Part shown: positions 1 through 7,472 of the stretch, one piece after another
How positions within the stretch are numbered: the first letter of the stretch is position 1
How the letters are laid out: every line of letters begins with the position of its first letter
NCBI GenBank assembly: GCA_049512295.1
Contig: JBEKXG010000014.1
Location: 1-36,387 of the forward strand
Length of the DNA: 36,387 bases
Direction: 5' to 3'
DNA from: Syntrophobacteraceae bacterium
GTDB lineage: Bacteria; Desulfobacterota; Syntrophobacteria; Syntrophobacterales; Syntrophobacteraceae
Notes under the pieces: generated by a model
Seen by the model: only the letters and a program-made list of their open reading frames with translations
The model's database searches: none
What the model was told of the DNA's origin: nothing
Program-made: the position numbers and the translations under genes

Positions 1-34
1 GCTCGATGATCGAAGTGCCAAGTACCTTGTCCAT
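1..34 (-). CDS. 5' end of an unidentified CDS running off the left edge (MDKVLGTSIIE...)
   Basis: ATG at 34-32 on the minus strand is preceded by GAGGAGG with an 8-nt spacer. Only 11 codons lie inside the window, so no product call is possible. Confidence 0.25.
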   Translation of the reverse strand, partial: MDKVLGTSIIE

Positions 35-75
35 GTCGGTGACCTCCTCGGGATAGAATTCACCAAGGTACTCTC

Positions 76-699
76 TCACACTTCGGCCTCAATTTCCAGC
101 ACTATTACGTGCGATTGCCCTGGCGCTCGCCCTGGGATACCTTGCTTTTCGCTGCGTGCAACCTTTTCAAAGACCGCACGTATGGCCGCATCCTGATAGT
201 AACGGCGGCTCGCTTCGCCACCCGAGTAACGTACAAGAAGCGACCGTGCAACAGTGTCTTCCAAGCTAAAGCCCATGTGCTGTTCGTACCGGGCGCGAAG
301 CTCAGCCGGGGAAGGGAACTCGGACATTGAATGCGGCTTGCTTGTGACCCCGGTGGTCTTGTCGTACTCGACAAAGAGATGGCCGTTGCAGGAATAACAA
401 AAGAGGACGTTCAGCCGTTTGCACGCACCATACACTTTGGCCTGTTCGAGGCCATGGGCAGGATGAAGATGCTCAGCTTTTGCCTCAATCAGGGCAACGG
501 CAACCGGCTGGGTATCCTGGTTGACTTTTACCCGCAAGGTATAATCGACTCGCCCCTTGGCGTTTTTGCGCGGTTTGCCGTTTATGATCTCAATGGCCCC
601 GGCGGTTTCTTCGCGCCGGATAAGGTCTTCAGTCCAGCCACAAGTGTGTATTGCCGGATCGATGAGCTTGGCGCGGGTATCAGCTTCACCTAGTCCCAT
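76..699 (-). pseudogene. hsdR: Type I restriction enzyme R subunit (HsdR), N-terminal nuclease-domain fragment only
   Basis: MGLGEADTRAKLIDPAIHTCGW...VDYTL...ALIEAKAE...RRYYQDAAIRAV is the typical HsdR N-terminal region. The ORF stops about 25 aa later, and no helicase motif I (xTGxGKT) appears in any frame below position 150. Intact HsdR is several-fold longer. The track ORF is 76..726; the MGLGE start at 699 is preferred. Confidence 0.75.
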
Positions 700-1050
700 T
701 ACTGAGAGCCTCTGGACACGAATCAAGACATGAGGAATACACCTAAGAAATCCAGATTGGATGCAGAATCATATTACAGCCATTGGCTATTTGTGCAAGA
801 ATTTCTTCGTGCTCACCGTTGGCAGGGTCTGACACACTACTCACTCGATGTGGAGCTCGTCTCGCCCCTTTTTTGAGTTGCAAAAACCAGTACCGTACAT
901 GGCCGTGTCGTACATGGGCGTTGCCACTCTGTGATTCTTGTGATACCGTTCACGGGACCTCATAAAAGCGCTCACGTGGACCTCGCTCCTACCGATTATT
1001 ATGTTGATGTGAGTCGCTCACCCATGCATTGCTCGGGACCAGGAATTTTG

Positions 1051-1755
1051 ATGAGCACTCTTGATTTAATTCGGTTCATTACTCGGTATGCCACAGAATC
1101 TGGGATTACACTCACCACGGTGAGATTGGTGAAGTTCGTCTATCTCGCGGACCTTTATTTTGCAAGGCAACGCGACGGTCACACCCTTACCGGGTATCCT
1201 TGGGCTTTTGTGTATTACGGTCCGTACTGCTCTGAGATCATGGAGGACTTAGATAAAGCTGCTGGTGGGGGACTCATCCTACGTGATTCAAGAGAGAGCA
1301 AATTCAGTGACAGCGACTTCCACCTTTTTTCATGCCGTGATCCGGAAGCGGACAAGCTCGAAGACCTTTTCCCAATTTGGGTTATCTCGCCTCTGAAGAG
1401 GGCCATCAAAAAGTTCAGCGAAGATACAGAGGCTCTTCTTGATTACGTTTATTTCGAAACCGAACCGATGGAGGGTGTCAAAAAAGGCGACCTGCTGGAT
1501 TTCGGGAAAGCAAGGCCGTCCGTGCGTTCTAAACCACTGCAGTTCAAAAAGTTGTCCCAGCAAAAAATTGAGGCTGGGAAAATTGCCATTGCTAATCTGA
1601 AAGCCAAGGCAAAGAGTAGCAAAACGAATTTACGAAATGACTTCGACGAAGGCAGGCAGTTTTTTGATGAGGTTTATTTCGAATCTTTGGAAAATATGGA
1701 CGATGAAGACCTAAAAGCAGGTCTGACTGGCAAAGCCCGGATTTCACCTGAATGA
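1051..1755 (+). CDS. Panacea/SocA (DUF4065)-like antitoxin-domain protein with a Lys-rich then acidic C-terminal tail
   Basis: The start MSTLDL at 1051 has AGGA 6 nt upstream; the track ORF begins at 931. The core VRLVKFVYLADLYFARQRDGHTLTGYPWAFVYYGPYCSEIMEDLD fits the Panacea pattern (KLxKLxYxA...G.P...Y...YGP). The stop overlaps the next start (ATGA at 1752-1755). Confidence 0.55.
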   Translation: MSTLDLIRFITRYATESGITLTTVRLVKFVYLADLYFARQRDGHTLTGYPWAFVYYGPYCSEIMEDLDKAAGGGLILRDSRESKFSDSDFHLFSCRDPEADKLEDLFPIWVISPLKRAIKKFSEDTEALLDYVYFETEPMEGVKKGDLLDFGKARPSVRSKPLQFKKLSQQKIEAGKIAIANLKAKAKSSKTNLRNDFDEGRQFFDEVYFESLENMDDEDLKAGLTGKARISPE

Positions 1756-2477
1756 GTTTATTGCAGTACATCAAACCGGAAGATTTTTATGTTCCTGTGA
1801 AACCCAGTTCCTACGGTACTGGGCAGTTTTGCCGAATCATCGTGCCGATTATAGAAAAGATTCCCTCCATCTTAGACATCCAGCGGGACAGCCCTACTGA
1901 ACACAGTTTGACTGCGTTCAAGGTGAGAAAAGCAGGCCAGCACACCGACTTTAGGCGAGTGCTGCCCCTGAAATATCTCAATCTGCGCTCAAACGAGGAG
2001 CTTTTAATTCAACGTTCAAAGTACCGTCCAGGCGTTATCATGAATCCTAGGCTGGATTTTGATCCTGACCTGTTCAAACTTTTGAGAAATAGATCAAAAA
2101 CCCACTTACTCGAAGACAGCCTTTTCGTAGCACCCTGTTATAGTGTCCAAGCCGATGATTTCGATACGGGCGTGCCTCTTGAGATGAGCGAAAGAGTCAA
2201 GTGCCTCTTATACAGCCAATTCTTCTACTGTGCTGCGAATTACACATTCCGTCAAACCGAAGGTATTTTAAGATTCGACAGGATACAAGTAGTAGTCGGT
2301 CGGCACCCAGCCGCGATTCAGCCGCTCCCGTATGCATTATCTGAAGAAGCTTTCTCAATCTTCAGGGCCATGTTTCTTTTCTGTATCACAGGAGAACAGG
2401 ATGAGGATCTAAAGATTCTCAGAGAACTGTTAAAAGATTCATATCTCTCTGCTTTGGCTGCTCATGCCCACCCCTAA
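1752..2477 (+). CDS. Hypothetical 241-aa protein, candidate toxin/effector partner of the Panacea-like protein
   Basis: It has a 4-nt ATGA overlap with the upstream gene and an uninterrupted 241-codon frame. No family is recognised. There is only a faint MazF/PemK-like motif order: LPLKYLNL..EE..KYRPGVIM, then LFVAPCYS, then ILRFDRIQVV. Confidence 0.6.
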   Translation: MSLLQYIKPEDFYVPVKPSSYGTGQFCRIIVPIIEKIPSILDIQRDSPTEHSLTAFKVRKAGQHTDFRRVLPLKYLNLRSNEELLIQRSKYRPGVIMNPRLDFDPDLFKLLRNRSKTHLLEDSLFVAPCYSVQADDFDTGVPLEMSERVKCLLYSQFFYCAANYTFRQTEGILRFDRIQVVVGRHPAAIQPLPYALSEEAFSIFRAMFLFCITGEQDEDLKILRELLKDSYLSALAAHAHP

Positions 2478-2977
2478 CTCATCTACGATTCTCTTTTGAG
2501 CACAACCGGTAGGCACCAGAGCCGTCATTTTCGAGTAAAATGTCGAAGACGATGTTGGGGGATGGCCGGATGTGAGATCCTCGATCCTGTGCTCGAAAAT
2601 GCCGCGTCACGAGGCGAGATAGAGCGCAATCTTTAGCCTGCCACACAATTGTGGAATGAACGCGAGAAAAACCACTCACAATTTTTGCGGCGTTGGGGGT
2701 GGCTGCATCTTCGAGAGGGGTTCCGGAAAGGGCGGGGGGTGGTCCGAACAGGGGGACCCCTTACCGAAATACGATTGCAGTCTGACGGCAAGGAGCGACC
2801 ACACCAAAAAACAGAAGGGCCATTTCGAGCAGCGGAGAAAACCTCAAATTCCAATCCGTGCACATGAGAGACACTAAAAAAATCGGTCTTTCTGCCTCTC
2901 TGTTGGGGATACTGTTGGGGCAATGTTTCAACCCGAAGAAAATAAAGCAAATCTATCGACTAAGCTCCTGATTAACC

Positions 2978-3053
2978 TGGAGGGCGACGCGGGGATCGAA
3001 CCCGCGACCTTTGGTTCCGGAGACCAACGCTCTATCCCCTGAGCTAGTCGCCC
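2978..3053 (-). tRNA. tRNA-Arg (anticodon CCG), CCA encoded
   Basis: The reverse complement GGGCGAC-TA-GCTC-AGGGGATA-GAGC-G-TTGGT-CTCCGGA-ACCAA-AGGTC-GCGGG-TTCGATC-CCCGC-GTCGCCC-T-CCA folds as a canonical 76-nt cloverleaf. The anticodon loop is CU-CCG-GA. Confidence 0.95.
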
Positions 3054-3162
3054 TCTATAAGGCAGGAAAAAATGCGGATGCCGCTGCCGAAAACCCGGCA
3101 GGACCCAAGTCGGTTGCGTATCACAGGCGCCGGCCTTTGTCAATAAAACCGCGCCGCCGGTG

Positions 3163-3348
3163 CTTAATACCAAGTTGCGTCCAAACATCCAAATCTCGAC
3201 GCTCTGCGAGGTGTGGGGGATGGGGGGACATGTGCCCCCCATCCCCCCTTCCGCCTGGCGGAGCCTGTAGATCCCCGGATCGGGTCCGGGGCAGGCTCTG
3301 GGGGTGCGGGGTATCTGTAAACTGAAAAATCATTCCCCCGCTCTTTTC
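3163..3348. repeat. Composite intergenic repeat: halves A (3163-3194) and C (3326-3348) split by a 131-nt insert carrying a G13/C13 hairpin and hairpin element B (3271-3300)
   Basis: A plus C occur contiguously at 7422-7472 (cttaataccaGgttgcgtGcaaacatccaaaatcattcccccgctcAtttc). B recurs at 5519-5548. AAATC flanks both sides of the insert. Confidence 0.7.
3215..3247. repeat. Near-perfect 13-bp G/C palindrome (GGGGGATGGGGGG-acatgtg-CCCCCCATCCCCC)
   Basis: Read directly from the sequence. The stem has 13 consecutive pairs and a 7-nt loop. No U-tract follows on either strand. Confidence 0.85.
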
Positions 3349-3453
3349 CATTGTTTCAACCTTGAACGCAGCTTCGTATAAGAGACCTTCGACCCTCGAC
3401 TCGTGACATTCCGAAAACACCCGATCAGACCGGCAGTTTCCGGCACGGAAACT

Positions 3454-3939
3454 TTACCATTCCGGGAACTCGGGCACCTTTGCGCAGGCGGGCTGCATTT
3501 CCTCTTTTTTGGCCGGGCGGACCTCTTTTACCAGGATGTCGAATTCGGCCCGCGTTCCGGCCCTCGGATCGTTAAAATCAGCCACGATCACCTCGCCGCG
3601 CACCTCTTTTACCATGAACTGCACGAGGCACTTGCGCTTGATCTCGCGGTACATCCTGCCGGGCTTGACCCTCTCCTTTTTGTAGTCGGCCCCGGGAAGC
3701 TCACGAACCAGTTCCGGGTCGCATGCGCCGAATATCTCTTCGGGCGGGACGCGGACCTTTACGCGGTCACCGGCCTTTTTGCCCATGAGCGCCGATTCGA
3801 CTGACGGATACTGCACGTCGACGCCCATTACAAAACTGCATGTCTGAGACTGGACAATCGGCCCCGGGCCGTCGGCCGGCACGACCCGCATCTCGCATTC
3901 GATTGTCACCCGGGAACATTCCTTTATCCGCTCTTCCAT
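3454..3939 (-). CDS. FKBP-type peptidyl-prolyl cis-trans isomerase (SlyD-like, no His-rich tail)
   Basis: The start MEERIKE at 3939 has GGAG upstream; the track ORF extends to 4020. The pattern ...FVMGVDVQYPSVESALMGKKAGDRVKVRVPPEEIFG..DPELV...VIVADFNDPRAGTRAEFDILVKEV matches the SlyD/FKBP layout, including the insert-in-flap region. Confidence 0.8.
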   Translation of the reverse strand: MEERIKECSRVTIECEMRVVPADGPGPIVQSQTCSFVMGVDVQYPSVESALMGKKAGDRVKVRVPPEEIFGACDPELVRELPGADYKKERVKPGRMYREIKRKCLVQFMVKEVRGEVIVADFNDPRAGTRAEFDILVKEVRPAKKEEMQPACAKVPEFPEW

Positions 3940-4098
3940 ATTGCTCCAATTAAAAAGACGAAAAACATGACATTTGCAGTGAGCAGACCTCTCCTGTTCG
4001 CGCACTCGCTCTTCACCCATTCACCCACTCACTGCACACCGTTTCTTTTCCGCTTTTTGCCGCTTCTGGTTGCCGTTTGGCAGCGCTGGATTTCTTCA

Positions 4099-4107
4099 TG
4101 CTATAAT
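4099..4107 (+). promoter_or_regulatory. Candidate extended -10 promoter element (TGcTATAAT)
   Basis: A perfect TATAAT at 4102-4107 is preceded by TG at 4099-4100. TTGGCA lies 19 nt upstream, which is a suboptimal spacing. It would start a plus-strand transcript at about 4114, at the edge of the repeat-rich region. Confidence 0.4.
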
Positions 4108-4112
4108 ATTCC

Positions 4113-4147
4113 GTGAAGCGTGAAGCAGGAAGCGGGAAGCATGGAAG
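4113..4147. repeat. 5 x 7-nt tandem repeat (gtgaagc gtgaagc aggaagc gggaagc atggaag)
   Basis: Read directly from the sequence. Confidence 0.85.
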
Positions 4148-4177
4148 GCGTTTTTTCAGTTCACTCTTCACTGCTCC

Positions 4178-4203
4178 ATTGCATTTGGCCTGTATTTGCA
4201 ATG
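4178..4203. repeat. 26-nt box attgcatttggcctgtatttgcaatg, copy 1 (internal inverted repeat ATTGCA-N14-TGCAAT)
   Basis: An exact 26-nt duplicate lies at 4481-4506 in the same orientation, 303 nt away. Confidence 0.9.
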
Positions 4204-4216
4204 CAACCCGCTCAGC

Positions 4217-4278
4217 CCTCGTCACCCCGGAAGTGTCCAGTCCGGGGCCTCGTCACCCCGGAAGTGTCCAGTCCGGGG
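4217..4278. repeat. 2 x 31-nt tandem repeat, each unit a hairpin CCCCGGA-agtgtccag-TCCGGGG
   Basis: The units at 4217-4247 and 4248-4278 are identical. The stem arms are the same as those of element B at 3273-3289. Confidence 0.9.
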
Positions 4279-4297
4279 CCTCAATCCTCACTGCTCT

Positions 4298-4353
4298 TCC
4301 GCTGTTCACGCTCGCTGTTATCCGCTGTTCACGCTCGCTGTTATCCGCTGTTA
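4298..4353. repeat. 2.4 x 23-nt tandem repeat (tccgctgttcacgctcgctgtta)
   Basis: The copies are 4298-4320, 4321-4343 and a partial one at 4344-4353. Confidence 0.9.
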
Positions 4354-4480
4354 TTGTTGAGAAGGAAATTCGAAACTGTCAATGAAATTAAGTTGTTGCT
4401 GGATTATCCGCCGAATTTGAGCTGTATTTTCAGCGAAAAATTCCACATGTTAATAAAATCAAGCATTTACGCAGGTCCCT

Positions 4481-4506
4481 ATTGCATTTGGCCTGTATTT
4501 GCAATG
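4481..4506. repeat. 26-nt box attgcatttggcctgtatttgcaatg, copy 2
   Basis: Exact duplicate of 4178-4203. Confidence 0.9.
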
Positions 4507-4700
4507 AAGAAGTCCTGTCGATGGGTTTTTCGCAGCATGAACTTTCCCTCTAAGCCCTTTGGCCCTGGCGGGAGCGAACGGCCTCGCGCTCGAGTATTCA
4601 TTTTAACCATTGACCGGCAAAAAGGGGACATTTTCTGTTTACTGTCGGACCCATTCTGATTAAAAGCTTAATCGGGCTAACACTTGACCGGGAATCGACC

Positions 4701-5519
4701 ATGAGTGGCACGAAGATAAAAGCCGATCCGATGAAACAAATTCATGCGGGTGAAAGCGTTCCTTTTCTCACGTTCAGGAACCTGTCCGGCGTTCCGGGGC
4801 TTTTGCACGGGGTTTTCACCAGGCGGGGCGGGGTAAGCCTGCCGCCTTTCGAGAGCCTGAACGCGTCTTGGAGCAATGGCGACTCACCCGGGGCCGTGCA
4901 GGAAAATCTTACCCGCATAAAGAACGCTATCGGACTCGAAAGGCTCGTTTCCGGCCGTCAGTTCCATGGCGACTCGATAAATTTCATCGGCAATGAGTCC
5001 GCCCGGAGCCTGCACGAGCGCCCGCCCCTTTTGATCGCGCCTCCGGCAGACGCGCTTGCGACCGATCTGCCGGGCCTTGGCCTTGTAATAAAGATCGCGG
5101 ATTGCCAGTCCATTTTCCTCGCCGACCCGCAAAGCCGCGTCATTGCCAATATCCACTCCGGGTGGCGCGGAAGCGTCCTCAATATTGCCGCAAAGACGGT
5201 CCAGTACCTCAGGGACCGCTTCGGGCTGAATCCTGCCGCCACGTTTGCCGCCGTTTCCCCGTCCCTTGGCCCATGTTGCGCCGAATTTGCAAACTACCGC
5301 AGGGAGATTCCGCAGAAGTTCTGGTCCTTTCAGGTTCGCCCCGAATACTTCGACTTCTGGGCAATCACGCGGCACCAGTTGACGTCGGCCGGAATCCGCG
5401 GGGAGAACATCGAGTTTGCGGCAAGATGCACCGTGTGCGGGAAGGCGGAATTTTTTTCGTACCGGGGCGAAGGCCCAACCGGGCGCATGGCGGCGGTAAT
5501 CGGGTGGAAAAGCTGTTAA
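4701..5519 (+). CDS. pgeF: Peptidoglycan editing factor PgeF / YfiH (DUF152) family protein
   Basis: LLHGVFTRRGGVS.PPFESLN, RQFHGD, IKIADCQSIFLADP...ANIHSGWRG and CCAEF...FSYRGEG..TGRMAAVIGW match the family motifs, including the His/Cys/His metal-site pattern. Confidence 0.85.
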   Translation: MSGTKIKADPMKQIHAGESVPFLTFRNLSGVPGLLHGVFTRRGGVSLPPFESLNASWSNGDSPGAVQENLTRIKNAIGLERLVSGRQFHGDSINFIGNESARSLHERPPLLIAPPADALATDLPGLGLVIKIADCQSIFLADPQSRVIANIHSGWRGSVLNIAAKTVQYLRDRFGLNPAATFAAVSPSLGPCCAEFANYRREIPQKFWSFQVRPEYFDFWAITRHQLTSAGIRGENIEFAARCTVCGKAEFFSYRGEGPTGRMAAVIGWKSC

Positions 5520-5548
5520 TCCCCCGATCGGGTCGGGGGCAGGCTCTG
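5519..5548. repeat. Hairpin element B, copy 2 (atCCCCCGAtcgggTCGGGGGcaggctctg)
   Basis: Same loop and tail as 3271-3300. The stem carries a paired G/C swap that keeps the 7-bp stem intact. Confidence 0.75.
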
Positions 5549-5561
5549 TCAAAGGCCTTTT

Positions 5562-5585
5562 CCTTCGCGCCTTCGCGTCTTCGCG
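5562..5585. repeat. 3 x 8-nt tandem repeat (ccttcgcg ccttcgcg tcttcgcg)
   Basis: Read directly from the sequence. It lies just upstream of pyrK. Confidence 0.85.
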
Positions 5586-5600
5586 TGAAACATTGAAGCT

Positions 5601-6482
5601 TTGGAGCTAAGTTTGGATAAGATAATCGAAGATGCCCGCATAATTTACCAGGAGAAAATTGCCGGGCAGATATTCCGGCTCCGGCTGCATTCGCCTCAAA
5701 TCGCGGGCGCGGCCCGGTGCGGGCAGTTCGTGATGATTCGCGTGCGTGAGGGGACCGATCCGCTGCTGCGCCGCCCCTTTTCCTTTAGCCGGATATATGC
5801 CGGACAGGGGGATTTCGAAATCCTCTACAAGGTCGTGGGCCGCGGCACGTGGCTCATGTCGCAGCTTGCGCCGGGATCGGCCGCAAGCCTTATCGGCCCT
5901 CTGGGAAACGGATTCGAACTGCCGGTCGACAGGACTGCTCCCTTGGCCTTCATTGCCGGCGGGATCGGGATAGCGCCTCTTCTGGAGCTGATCGCACAGG
6001 TGGTTTCAGACCGCGGGCCGAGGGGCCTCGAAAACCTGCGCCTTTTCTACGGCGCCCGCGCGGTGTCCGAGCTTTTGCCCGAAGACTTTTTTCGGGACCT
6101 GGGCGTTCAGGTCCACTTTGCAACCGACGACGGCAGTTTTGGCTACACGGGGCGCATTACCCGGATGTTCGAAGAATTTACGGCGGCGGGGGACTTCCGG
6201 CCCTTGGAACTCTATTCATGCGGACCGCTCGCCATGCAGTATCACGTGGCGAGGTGGGCGCTCTCAAATGACGCGCTCGCCCGGCTTTCGATGGAATCTC
6301 TCATGGCCTGCGGGATCGGGGCCTGTCTGGGGTGCGCGCTCCCCGCATCGACACCCGGCGACCCCGAATCCGAACGCTTCGTCCACGTGTGCGAAGACGG
6401 CCCGATCTTTTCGGCAGGATCTATCAAATGGAGCAAAATTTTAGCCCAGCAGACGCCTCCCCCGGCCTGGCTGTTCAGCTAG
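5601..6482 (+). CDS. pyrK: Dihydroorotate dehydrogenase (class 1B) electron-transfer subunit
   Basis: It has the FAD/NAD-binding pattern (GQFVMIRV, RRPFS, GGIGIAP) and a C-terminal 2Fe-2S motif (CGIGACLGC...C). The start is uncertain: TTG at 5601, or TTG at 5613 which has GGAG 6 nt upstream. Confidence 0.88.
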   Translation: MELSLDKIIEDARIIYQEKIAGQIFRLRLHSPQIAGAARCGQFVMIRVREGTDPLLRRPFSFSRIYAGQGDFEILYKVVGRGTWLMSQLAPGSAASLIGPLGNGFELPVDRTAPLAFIAGGIGIAPLLELIAQVVSDRGPRGLENLRLFYGARAVSELLPEDFFRDLGVQVHFATDDGSFGYTGRITRMFEEFTAAGDFRPLELYSCGPLAMQYHVARWALSNDALARLSMESLMACGIGACLGCALPASTPGDPESERFVHVCEDGPIFSAGSIKWSKILAQQTPPPAWLFS

Positions 6483-7426
6483 GGCCGCTGCGCCTCAAAA
6501 ATCCCGTTATGAGCGCATCCGGCACCTTCGGCTACGGTGAAGAGTACTCGAGCTTCTTCGACCCGGGACGCCTCGGGGCCGTCGTGGTGAAGGGGATTTC
6601 GCTCAAACCCCGCGCCGGGAACCCCCCTCCCCGCCTGGTCGAAACCCCGGCAGGCATGATAAACGCAATCGGCCTGGAAAATGTCGGGGTCGAAATGTTT
6701 TTGTCCGTCAAGCTCCCCTTTTTGCGCAATCTGGACGTTCCCGTAATCGTAAATATCTTCGGCAGCACGATCGAGGAGTATGCCGAGCTTGCCGCCCGGC
6801 TCGATCGTGTGCCGGGGATAGCCGCCCTGGAGATCAACGTAAGCTGCCCGAACGTAAAAGAAGGCGGGATGGTTTTCGGTACCGATCCGGCGATGACCGC
6901 CAGGGTGGTGGAATCAGTCAGGCGCGCCACGAGTCTTCCGCTAATCACCAAGCTCACGCCGAACGTGACGAGCATCTCGGAAATCGCCAAAGCCGCCGAA
7001 GGGGCCGGAAGCGATATCGTCTCCTGTATAAACACCGTGGCGGCCATGGCCGTAGATATTTTTTCCAGGAGGCCGCGGCTGGCCAATATTTTTGGGGGGC
7101 TTTCCGGACCTGCGGTAAAACCCGTTGCTCTTCGGTGCGTCTATGAGGTCAGCCGGGCGGTCAAATGCCCGGTGATAGGAATCGGCGGGATCACCAACGC
7201 AACGGACGCCCTCGAGTTTTTGCTCATAGGCGCCGGCGCCGTCCAGGTGGGGACCGCCAATTTCATAAACCCCGGCGCCGCGGCCGAGATAATCGATGGG
7301 ATAGAGCGCTTCCTCAGGGTGGAGGGAATTCCCGATATAAAAAGCTATATCGGGAGCCTTGATACAAGCTGCCTTTTCCCTTTTGCCGAGGATTCGTGCG
7401 CCGTAATCGAATCGGAAATCTCTTAA
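6428..7426 (+). CDS. pyrD: Dihydroorotate dehydrogenase catalytic subunit (class 1B)
   Basis: LKNPVMSASGTFGYG, KGIS, NAIGLEN, NVSCPN and GIGGI are typical PyrD motifs. The ATG at 6428 is the only plausible in-frame start before the conserved N-terminus, and it gives a 55-nt overlap with pyrK. Confidence 0.92.
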   Translation: MEQNFSPADASPGLAVQLGPLRLKNPVMSASGTFGYGEEYSSFFDPGRLGAVVVKGISLKPRAGNPPPRLVETPAGMINAIGLENVGVEMFLSVKLPFLRNLDVPVIVNIFGSTIEEYAELAARLDRVPGIAALEINVSCPNVKEGGMVFGTDPAMTARVVESVRRATSLPLITKLTPNVTSISEIAKAAEGAGSDIVSCINTVAAMAVDIFSRRPRLANIFGGLSGPAVKPVALRCVYEVSRAVKCPVIGIGGITNATDALEFLLIGAGAVQVGTANFINPGAAAEIIDGIERFLRVEGIPDIKSYIGSLDTSCLFPFAEDSCAVIESEIS

Positions 7427-7472
7427 TACCAGGTTGCGTGCAAACATCCAAAATCATTCCCCCGCTCATTTC
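7422..7472. repeat. Uninterrupted A+C intergenic repeat filling the convergent pyrD / ROK-kinase gap
   Basis: It matches 3163-3194 plus 3326-3348 with a few substitutions. The pyrD stop codon lies inside it. Confidence 0.75.

Noticed and set aside
2680-2760. G-run-rich stretch as a possible G-quadruplex.
   Set aside because: The loops between G-tracts are 9-11 nt, outside the usual G3+N1-7 definition, and there is no supporting context.
3054-3150. TTGACA box (minus strand, around 3137-3142) as the tRNA-Arg promoter.
   Set aside because: The -10 candidate at 17-nt spacing (TACGCA) is poor, so no confident promoter call is made.
3436-3454. AGTTTCC-N5-GGAAACT hairpin at the 3' end of the FKBP gene, considered as an intrinsic terminator.
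   Set aside because: The stem is only 7 bp, it overlaps the stop codon, and the nearest short U-run is about 17 nt away. That is too weak to call.
4184-4200. Sigma-54 promoter-like TGGCC-N-TTGCA inside the duplicated 26-nt box (also at 4487-4503).
   Set aside because: The spacing between the GG and GC elements is one nucleotide shorter than the strict TGGCAC-N5-TTGC geometry, so it should not work as a -24/-12 promoter.
4217-4353. Possible CRISPR array, because of the adjacent direct repeats.
   Set aside because: The repeats are directly abutting (2 x 31 nt and 2.4 x 23 nt) with no unique spacers, and no cas genes are present.
4120-4659. 179-aa ORF (and the overlapping 90-aa and 70-aa ORFs) in the FKBP-pgeF intergenic region.
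   Set aside because: The translation is built from the tandem and dispersed repeats, has low complexity, and has no RBS. It is treated as non-coding.
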